The translations under genes were made by a program, and so were the position numbers. A stretch of DNA of 63,415 bases, from positions 65,249,288-65,312,702 of the forward strand of contig NC_068992.1 of the NCBI RefSeq assembly GCF_001194135.2, in the 5' to 3' direction. This document shows positions 53,096 to 63,415 of the stretch, piece after piece. Below the pieces are notes generated by a model that was given only the letters and a program-made list of their open reading frames with translations, did not search any database and was not told the DNA's origin. This stretch comes from Octopus bimaculoides. Its lineage: Eukaryota. Within the stretch, counting starts at the first letter, position 1; each line of letters opens with the position of its first letter.

Positions 53096-54365
53096 ATTGT
53101 GTATGTGTGTATGCACATATATATAAATACATGCACACCCGTTCACACTCACTTATCTACATATTAACACATATAGGGAAACATCGCAGAAAATTACAGC
53201 TCAAACGAACCCCCTCAACTTACAAATAATGTCTCAAAATTCCCAGCAACATTTGAATTTCCTTTTTGATGACAATAAAAGGAAATGTAAATTTTTATTT
53301 GTAAATTTTTATTTGTTTTAGCAGCGAATAATTGTTACTGCTTAATGAGTTTTGTTCAGTGATTAGTTAAAGCCTTTGTTAGAAAAAATATAATCTAATT
53401 GCAGAAATGAAGGGAAATTAGTCTTTCCTTGTTTACTATATTTGATATTACTTTCTTTTCAGCCCTAAGCCCATGATTGTAACAAAACATCTCCTTTTAT
53501 GTTTTGTTCAACAGTAGAAACGAATTTACAGTAGAAACATGTTGAGAAAGGGATAACGTTCGAAACGTCATAACGTGCAAGAAAATTGTAACCTGAGTTC
53601 TTCGTTTTCAGTGATATCTATTAACGACTGACCTTTGTTCAGGTATGAAGTAAAAGGTTAACCCTTGAACTCGTATTTTCCACGAGGAAAAATATCTGTT
53701 GACATGAGAAGGTTCTTTTCCTCGCTGTTTTTTTTTTCCTGCCTTCATTTAAAGATATTCACCGCGCTTCACCTTAATGTTAACAGCTATTTTTCATTGA
53801 GTAAGCGATTTTTACAGAAAATGCATCTGAAATAGAAAAGAAATATAAGGCGTTCTTTTACATACACTAAATAGTTGCCAGAGGGTAACTGAATATTACA
53901 ATTAGTGAATTTAAGTTTATTTTACATTAAAGTAATTAACTCCCAGGCATATGTTCTATTACCACGTTAAGCCCATGGCAAATATAAGCTACACAAAAGT
54001 TTAAAATACTTCAATATTTAAAAGTTGGAAACTATTCTAGAGCTATTTTCTTATCATTTTAATTTTTTTCTGTGAAATAAAAATTTTAAATTAAACAATT
54101 CAAATAAAAGATTTCTTCATAATATTCGTGATGTTTAATACATTTTAAAATGTGTTTTATTTTGTAAGATATTACACTTTCTCACATGTTCTGCTTCTAT
54201 CAAATTTTCCGTTCATTCCATAATGTTATTAGAGCAATCACACATATATACACTCATACAATGATATAAATATTTCTATCTCTCGCTATCCTCCTGTATA
54301 CCCTCCTCTCTCTCTTTCGCTATCTCTCGCTTTCTCTCTCTCTCTCTCTATCACATTCTACTTAC

Positions 54366-54419
<54 letters not shown>

Positions 54420-55024
54420 GCCTATATCAATTTACAACTATGAATTTGCATAAGAATGAAGGAGTCTATCCATATATGTATACACCTATAAATGTACATA
54501 GACCTATCTACGCATACATACTCTCACACACAGATATATCCAATGGGTGAAAAGAGGCGATTGGAGAAGACATTTGTGTTGTACACATCATTACGTCATT
54601 AACAAATATATCACAGAATTTTTGAAGCAAATGTAAACGATCAAACATGGGCTATACTATTTCTTTGCGAAACGGAGAAATATGGCTATGTTTGTATATA
54701 TTTATAAATGGCACGGCTGCTATAATGTCATAGACACGCGTCTGCCACACTTTTGTGTATGTATACATACATACACACAGAGACACACAGACACAGATAC
54801 ACACAGATACACACATATACATACATATATGTATATATATATACATTTATATGCAAGTTTGAGGAAGCAGTATCCCTGGGTTTAACCAAATATATTGACA
54901 GAAAGTTACTCAATATATATATATCGTTAGATATGTAATGGTATTTACAAGCTAAACATTGAAGGAAGGACATGTAAATGTATACACACACACAAACACA
55001 CATATATATTATGCATATACACAC

Positions 55025-55066
<42 letters not shown>

Positions 55067-55287
55067 NNNNNNNNNNNNNNNNNNNNNNNNNNNNNNNNNN
55101 NNNNNNNNNNNNNNNNNNNNNNNNNNNNNNNNNNNNNNNNNNNNNNNNNNNNNNNNNNNNNNNNNNNNNNNNNNNNNNNNNNNNNNNNNNNNNNNNNNNN
55201 NNNNNNNNNNNNNNNNNNNNNNNNNNNNNNNNNNNNNNNNNNNNNNNNNNNNNNNNNNNNNNNNNNNNNNNNNNNNNNNNNNNNNNN

Positions 55288-55342
<55 letters not shown>

Positions 55343-57619
55343 TATATGGACTTTTAGATCGATTGATCGATAGATACATAGATGTGTACATGTATACAAA
55401 CATACATGCCCACATACACACAGGTATACATACACATACATATATACACACATACATACGCACGTACATAAATACACACATTCATGCATACATACATACA
55501 CATACATACACACATGCATAAAAACATAATACATACATACATACATATAATATGAGGGGCAGGGGTTGCAAGTGTCGTTACCTCTGACATTTTCCCCTAC
55601 ATATGGCCATGTCACACCAATGTCATAAATAAGGGGTTGAAACGACAGCAAATATATCAATCATATAATCAATGCTGCCACTAATTTGTAGCTTTGTGAC
55701 AATGCAATTAGTCATTAGGGCTCATTTGAATAATGGCTGATGCTTCAATACAGAAATTTAACAAAGAATTGATTGTGTACGAGGTGAAATATTTCGTAGA
55801 TATTACAGTCCGTCTTTCATTTTAAATTCTCTGATAAAATTCAGAGCATGTGCATTCGACACTCCTTGATCACGTGTCAAGTTATCGACACTCAGGTCAA
55901 TTGATATTCGGCATCGATTTCTGATCTTGTAATAATGTAATATACTGTATATAATATCCTTTCTACTATAGGCACAAGGCCTGAAATTTGTGGGAAGTGG
56001 TAAGTGGATTACATCGACCCCAGTACGTAGGGTAAGAAGCTTGCTTCCCTATCAGATAAATGAATAAAAGAATATATATGTATATATGAGGTAAAGCAAT
56101 AAGGATCTGAAATGCCGCCAAGGGCCTCATTACTACTCCGATACAATACAGATCTAGCTACACATATCGAATGATAGGAAATAATCGAGAGAATTGTTGG
56201 AGACAAGCAATTACACTTTACTTCATTCGATAGGTAAAAATTCACTACATTGGTTTTTCAAGACATCATTAAAAAGAATGGGGAGTTATACATCTTCAAA
56301 TCTTTTCTACTGTACTAATGACAATAATACTGTAATAAAGAAATTTTGGAGTTCTAGCATTCTCTATTATTTTCTATGTATTGTATATGTATGTTTGTAT
56401 TCATACATACAAACATACATACATATGTCGCATGTAATTTTAAACGAATGCTCTTCAATTTCTGACACTAAACAAGTTATTAGCTGTTGTCTTTGAACGT
56501 TGGACCCTTGACTTTCTTAGGTGCCATCCTCTCCCATTTGCGTTCAAATTCCATATAATTGAAATGGACGCCTAATTATACATGAAATAAATATATAAAT
56601 ATTGGAAGATGGCATATATNNNNNNNNNNNNNNNNNNNNNNNNNNNNNNNNNNNNNNNNNNNNNNNNNNNNNNNNNNNNNNNNNNNNNNNNNNNNNNNNN
56701 NNNNNNNNNNNNNNNNNNNNNNNNNNNNNNNNNNNNNNNNNNNNNNNNNNNNNNNNNNNNNNNNNNNNNNNNNNNNNNNNNNNNNNNNNNNNNNNNNNNN
56801 NNNNNNNNNNNNNNNNNNNNNNNNNNNNNNNNNNNNNNNNNNNNNNNNNNNNNNNNNNNNNNNNNNNNNNNNNNNNNNNNNNNNNNNNNNNNNNNNNNNN
56901 NNNNNNNNNNNNNNNNNNNNNNNNNNNNNNNNNNNNNNNNNNNNNNNNNNNNNNNNNNNNNNNNNNNNNNNNNNNNNNNNNNNNNNNNNNNNNNNNNNNN
57001 NNNNNNNNNNNNNNNNNNNNNNNNNNNNNNNNNNNNNNNNNNNNNNNNNNNNNNNNNNNNNNNNNNNNNNNNNNNNNNNNNNNNNNNNNNNNNNNNNNNN
57101 NNNNNNNNNNNNNNNNNNNNNNNNNNNNNNNNNNNNNNNNNNNNNNNNNNNNNNNNNNNNNNNNNNNNNNNNNNNNNNNNNNNNNNNNNNNNNNNNNNNN
57201 NNNNNNNNNNNNNNNNNNNNNNNNNNNNNNNNNNNNNNNNNNNNNNNNNNNNNNNNNNNNNNNNNNNNNNNNNNNNNNNNNNNNNNNNNNNNNNNNNNNN
57301 NNNNNNNNNNNNNNNNNNNNNNNNNNNNNNNNNNNNNNNNNNNNNNNNNNNNNNNNNNNNNNNNNNNNNNNNNNNNNNNNNNNNNNNNNNNNNNNNNNNN
57401 NNNNNNNNNNNNNNNNNNNNNNNNNNNNNNNNNNNNNNNNNNNNNNNNNNNNNNNNNNNNNNNNNNNNNNNNNNNNNNNNNNNNNNNNNNNNNNNNNNNN
57501 NNNNNNNNNNNNNNNNNNNNNNNNNNNNNNNNNNNNNNNNNNNNNNNNNNNNNNNNNNNNNNNNNNNNNNNNNNNNNNNNNNNNNNNNNNNNNNNNNNNN
57601 NNNNNNNNNNNNNNNNNNA

Positions 57620-57865
57620 TATTCATGATGGTGATGACGGCTTTGACGACGACGGCCAAACGATGATGATCACTATAAAGATGATGATGATGGTAATGAT
57701 GATGGTGATGAAGAATAATGACGATGATGATGCTCATGAAGATGATGATGATTGAGTTGAAGAAGACAACGACGACGACGGCGATTATGATGATGTCGAT
57801 GATGAAGATGACGCGCAGGAGGAGTAGTAGGAGTAGAAACATGATGCTGTTGAGAAGGAGGAGGG
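57620..57865. repeat. Cryptic (GAT/GAC/GAG)n trinucleotide block
   Basis: Directly visible. Confidence 0.9.
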
Positions 57866-58025
57866 GAATCGGTGGAGTGCAAAGATGATGTGTTTGTTAA
57901 TGTTGTTCACATGGCTGGTGGGGTTTTTTCTTGTTTTCGTTCTTTTGGTTCATTAGAACTGTCAGAGTTCAAAACCATTGTCAGATGGGGAAGGAAGATG
58001 AAATCAAATACCAAAACAATAGCAA

Positions 58026-58152
<127 letters not shown>

Positions 58153-58279
58153 GTGTGCCTAATGAAGTCAAGCTAAACGTGCAATAGAGTTAATTACAAT
58201 AAATAAATCAAATAGATATAATTAGCTAAAACTAAATACTTTACATCACGACGTATGTTAGTTAATATTGTTTTGTTGA

Positions 58280-58900
58280 AGAAGTCGAGCTGCAGGTGTG
58301 GAAAGAAAGAAATCAAAATTGGAAACTTTAAAACCGAACCTGTTCGGAAACAAAATGTATCGGTGATTTAATCGGCTTAGCAGGGATAGAGCTACAATGT
58401 GGGAGACCCCCGAATAGGGGCAATAATCTGAAAGTCTTTTAAAAGAAATATTTATTCAACAGGTGAAAAAATAAACCTGGAGAATGCAAAGATATTTGAA
58501 GAATAAGAAAAGAAACAAAATGAAGGTATTCCAACTGAATTAAGATGGTTTTACGAATATAAGAGACGCATTTAGAAGAATTTGAATAATAAACCATTAC
58601 CTGTGGAGGGAATCCCCAGGGTGAAGTAAATGTTGTAGCAGTTTGAAGTGAAACATAACATGTGGAAAGAACCGATGAGGAATTTGTTAGGAACTGGCTC
58701 TCCGTCGCTTACGACAACGCGCAATCCAGTTATAACAACCAATGCAACATTCTGCTAGTGAAATTAACATGCATGTGGCTGAGCACTCCGCAGATACGAC
58801 TACCCTTAATATAGATCTTAGGAAGAATCAGCGTGACACAGAATTCGCCGAGATCGCTCCTTCGAAATAAAGGTACAGCTCCCTTTTTTGCCAGCTCAGC
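58280..58900 (+). mobile_element. Possible degraded R4/Dong-like LINE ORF segment upstream of the RT domain
   Basis: Stop-interrupted WFYEYKRRI*KNLNNKPLPVEGIP..*QF.....MWKEP resembles the R4 pre-RT motif (F..N.K.FY..L.......IP......FW..IW..P); lies next to (AAT)n. Weak. Confidence 0.3.
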
Positions 58901-59009
58901 CAAAAGGAGCAAAATGCGAAATGAATTGTCTTAGCGAAAGATAGAAGGTGCCTCTGGGAATCCAACTCATGACTTTACGATCGTATACCAAATAGCGTAA
59001 CCAATAGTT

Positions 59010-59167
59010 GCAGGAGTGACTGTGTGGTAAGTAGCTTGCTACCAACCACATGGTTCCGGGTTCAGTCCCACTGCGTCATACCTGGGGCAAGTGTCTTCTA
59101 CTAAACCTCGGGCCGACCGAAGCCTTGTGAGTGGATTTGGTAGACGGAAACTGATAGAAGCCCGTTG
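59010..59167 (+). mobile_element. SINE family B tRNA-like head module
   Basis: gcaggagtgactgtgtggtaagtagcttgc...ggttccgggttcagtcccactgcg...gggcaagtgtcttctact...ggtagacggaaactgatagaagcccg, with pol III A- and B-box-like motifs. Confidence 0.9.
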
Positions 59168-59424
59168 CAAAAGTCACCGGTAGAATAAGTACTAAGCTAA
59201 GCATTTGTCTTGGCTTCCTAGTGATTCTGCCAGCTCACTGCCTTACCATGATACATTTATTGATTAAATAGATATGATGTATCTCTATTGCATAGTGCAT
59301 ATGCTGGCAGAAATACCTACCGAAATGTTGCATGATATTTTGTGACAATGAAACCCTTAACATATCATCAGTAACGTAATGCACCAACGAGTGGCCGAGA
59401 AAATATTCAATACATAAATTAGTC

Positions 59425-59640
59425 AAAGCGGTGAACTAGCAGACACGTTAGCACGCCGGGTGAAATGCTTAGCGGTATTTCGTCTGTCTTTACGTTCTGA
59501 GTTCAAATTTCGCCGAGGTTGGCTTCCCCTTTCATCCTTTCGGGGTCGATAAATTTAGTACCAGTTGCGTACTGTGGTCGATCTGATCGACTGGCCCCCT
59601 CCTCCAAAATTTCGGGCCTTGTGCCTAGAGTAGAAAAGAA
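59425..59640 (+). mobile_element. SINE family A, full-length reference copy
   Basis: gcggtgaactagcagacacgttagcacgccggg...gttctgagttcaaatttcgccgagg...tttcatcctttcggggtcgataaatttagtaccag...gccttgtgcctagagtagaaaagaa. Confidence 0.93.
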
Positions 59641-60489
59641 GATATAAATTAGCCTCTCTCTTTTACCTGAGTCATTAATATCAATGTTTGATAGGAGAAT
59701 TTTTGTGGATAGTTAAGCAAGGTGCGCAGCTGCTTACGAAACCCCAAGAAGAATTTTCTGTCTATGAGAATATTGTATATAAAAATAAAGTTTACACTGG
59801 TCGTACCATATGGTGTTAGCTAAACATTCCAGAGATATGTTCTACGGCACATTGTGGTAACGAAAAGGGACACTGTTAACAAAAGAGAAATTTATTTTCC
59901 AAAACGAAATATAACGTAGAAAAAGTAATGTCGCCAACAAACAAAGACAAAATAACCGAAAGATCGTAGAGGAGAACAAGGAAAATATTAACATATTAGT
60001 GAATTACAGAGCAATCCCCAGGAGACGGGAAATTAGCTGCATCATCAACACTTGCGCACCGAAAACCGAAAAACGTAGTGCAGCATAACACCTCAGGAGT
60101 ACAGCGGTGCACCAGGTGGTGCAATGAAGAAAATAAAACTCGAGAGAGACTTCTGAGAAGACTCGCAATAAAGCGAAATAGAATTAAACAAATCTAAATT
60201 AATCTTCATAATAACAGTAATTATATTAATAATAACGGTGAATAATAATGAAAAATAATTAATACTGCGAGTACCGTTATCCTTGCTAATTTATATTGTA
60301 ACAAGTTTAATAACAGAGTAAAACTTGCATGTAACTATTGCAAAGTCACGCCACACAGCTATGATAATGTAAAAAAAAAAGTATCATTGATGATAATACT
60401 AGTAATTAATAAAATTAATAATATTGACACGAAGAAAGAGAAAATCTTTTTCAAAAATTACTATTACAAGTAATATTGTTACCAATAGA

Positions 60490-60544
<55 letters not shown>

Positions 60545-60592
60545 GTTGTTGTTGTTGTTGTTGTTGTTGTCGTTGTTGATGATGTTATTATT

Positions 60593-60790
60593 AAGCCGGC
60601 GTGCTAGCAGAATCGTTAGCATGCTGGACGAAATGTCGCCCGTTGCTACGTTCTGAGTTCGAATTCCAACTGGGTCGACTCTTTCCCCTTCATCCTTTCG
60701 GAGTCGATAAATTAAGTATCAGTGAAACACTGGGGACGCTGTAATCAACTAGACCCCTCCCCGAAAATGTTCAAAGCCTTTTGCCTTGTG
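60593..60790 (+). mobile_element. SINE family A
   Basis: gccggcgtgctagcagaatcgttagc...gttctgagttcgaattcc...cttcatcctttcggagtcgataaattaagtatcag. Confidence 0.88.
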
Positions 60791-62671
60791 AAGAAATAAT
60801 AATAACTATTGTTGCTGTTGTTGTTGTGACAATCATTTTTTGAATAGTAGTAATATTTGAATGGGAGCTTAATGTAATCACGTGATGAAATATCATGTAC
60901 GCCGTCCTGATAATCATCATTATCGTCCTCCTTTTCCTCTTCCTTCTCCTCTGCTCGTCTCCTCCTTCTCCTCCACCCTCCACCCCTCCACCCCTCCTCC
61001 TCCTTCTCATCATCACCAATCTTGATTTAAATATTAATGGTTTGAAGGAAATTCAATGTATCGGACGAATTCCTTTTTGTGCTGTCGTTTTTAGTACAAA
61101 CCCCAGAGAGGCTAATTTACAATTTATTTCTCTCAAACACCGACTTTTAACCAAAAATGCATGAAATTTACCGGTAATGAATGGTTATNNNNNNNNNNNN
61201 NNNNNNNNNNNNNNNNNNNNNNNNNNNNNNNNNNNNNNNNNNNNNNNNNNNNNNNNNNNNNNNNNNNNNNNNNNNNNNNNNNNNNNNNNNNNNNNNNNNN
61301 NNNNNNNNNNNNNNNNNNNNNNNNNNNNNNNNNNNNNNNNNNNNNNNNNNNNNNNNNNNNNNNNNNNNNNNNNNNNNNNNNNNNNNNNNNNNNNNNNNNN
61401 NNNNNNNNNNNNNNNNNNNNNNNNNNNNNNNNNNNNNNNNNNNNNNNNNNNNNNNNNNNNNNNNNNNNNNNNNNNNNNNNNNNNNNNNNNNNNNNNNNNN
61501 NNNNNNNNNATATATATATATATATATATATTCGTGTGTGTGTGTGTATTTGTGCGTGTGTTATTGAGCGTGTATTTTTGGGTTTCCATGCTTTAAATAT
61601 AGATAAAAGTATGCTGTAGGAATCCTCAAATATTTGCAAGTTAGATCTAACTACATAACAAGTTCTCGAAAATATTGATAACCGACATATTTACCAAAAT
61701 GTCGAGCCTCATGAGACGTTGTAGTTATATATGATATTTACATGTCAAAATAAAATATGTCCTCTTCAAATAACGCCTAAGTGAGGTCATTATTTTTAAT
61801 CATCTCAATGTAGATTACTTTGCTTCAGGAGCTATTCTGACTGTATGTGTGACTCCGTGTGTGTGTGTGTGTGTTGACGTAGACACAAATTGGTTATTTT
61901 TCGATATTCAAAACCGAATCTGGGAGAAATATGTTGATAGGCAATTAGCAAAAAGGCACGTCTAAAATTAATTTGAGCCGATCAAGCATCATCTACGCAT
62001 GCGCAAATACCTCAGTTTTATATATATATAAGTATCCAAGTGTGTGGTTGTTTAGTACAGGAAAGGCGAGGCTGACCATTTCAAGCTAAAGTAATTCTCC
62101 TTTAATTTGTCCTCTTTTGAGAGCAGAGTACGGTTTGAGGTAAATTTGCCTCTAATATTTACAGATTGTAGGACCCATATCATAACAGAGTTGACAGGAA
62201 ATGAAGATTTAATGGATGATCGTAGTTAGTTGCATATCTTTAATACTGCTACCATCTTTGTAGAGCTTTCGTGATGGTGCTGCAATAAACATTGCGATAG
62301 TTATTTGTATGAAAACATACGCACACACACACACACACACAAACACAATGTATATATATGTTTATTACTGTACCCAGTGACTCGACTGCAGTAATGACGT
62401 ATGATAGTTCAAGTGATAGGTGGGTTATCCAATGTAATTGAACTTGATGGCTAAAATGTAAAATGTATTTGTCTAATGTCCAACCATTATGTCATACTTG
62501 ATTTATGCATTAAATTTTAAGCTTTAAATTAAAATTTTTATGACGAAATTTTATCGCAAAATTTCAAACAGTTTCCTTTTCATGCCTCACAATAAATATT
62601 CAGTCTTAATCTGGTTCGCCATTGCCTACTAAATAGACACACACGCACACTCACACACACACACATACGTA

Positions 62672-62866
62672 TTCTTTTACTTCTTTCAGTCACTTGACCG
62701 CAGCCATGCTGGAGCCGAAATTTATGGGGAGGGGGCCAGTCGATGGATGAAAGGATGAAAAGCAAAGTTGCCCTCGGCGGAATTCGAACTCAGAACGTAA
62801 AGATAGACGAAATAACGATAAGCATTTCGCCCGGCGTGCTAACGTTTCTGCCAGCTCCTCACCTTG
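62672..62866 (-). mobile_element. Chimeric SINE: B/C tail piece (62672-62715) joined to a family-A body and head
   Basis: cttttacttctttcagtcacttgaccgcagccatgctggagc, then gggagggggccagtcgat...gttgccctcggcggaattcgaactcagaacg...gtttctgccagctc. Confidence 0.8.
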
Positions 62867-63381
62867 ATGTGTAATGAATATTACATGAATACGTCCAAAT
62901 ATTTAGTCATATAGTGTGGAAAAGGAAATAAATAGTATATATATATGAATGATTATATACCTAGCCCTCTATATATACGTGTATGTATATGTGTGTATAA
63001 GTATATATATATAATTGTGTGTGAGTGTGTGCGCGCCTGTGTGTATGTGTACATGTGCGTGCATGAGTCTGTGTTTGTGTGTGTGTGTGTGTGTAAAAAT
63101 GACTTTATGCATGTGGGAATGTAGCACATTGTTGTATTAACACATCCATGTAACGAGCGAATCTGCACTCCCTGACTATGAACAGTGTCTAAAAGATGTT
63201 TTAATGAAAATTGAGGCTTATTTCGATCTTCATTTGTTTGTGTGTGTATGCGTATGTATTTACACGCCCACACAAACACACACACATAAGTATATACATA
63301 CATGTGTTTGATGGTGTACATATATATCTATATATGTATGCGAACAAGTTTATGTTAATATTATAGAAAATTGTGCATATC

Positions 63382-63415
<34 letters not shown>

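Noticed and set aside
59010-59085. tRNA-like sequence
   Set aside because: It continues into SINE body sequence, occurs as multiple diverged copies and gives no complete cloverleaf; it is a SINE head, not a tRNA gene.

Overview
This is AT-rich eukaryotic genomic DNA from a draft assembly, with 11 N-gaps, most flanked by (TA)n. The tRNA-derived SINE families look like those of octopus genomes (recognised from memory, not searched). I find no intact protein-coding gene: nearly all ORFs in the track are microsatellite translations or run through gaps. The window is intergenic or intronic and is filled with microsatellites, at least four SINE families, and fossil transposon pieces. These are an RTE LINE 3' end, several R4/Dong-clade LINE fragments, two mariner transposase fragments and a mariner MITE. 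The most notable signal is a set of minimal type-I hammerhead ribozyme (HHR) motifs in three unrelated short elements with no ORF: 37651-37696 (-, intact), 52746-52789 (-, near-intact) and 2951-2983 (+, degenerate), plus a doubtful fourth at about 53.5 kb. These resemble Penelope-like-element pLTR or retrozyme-type HHRs. Secondary observations are a perfect CTCF motif beside an AP-1 site, a twin-CRE/E-box cluster, one well-bounded candidate minus-strand exon, and inverted SINE pairs.
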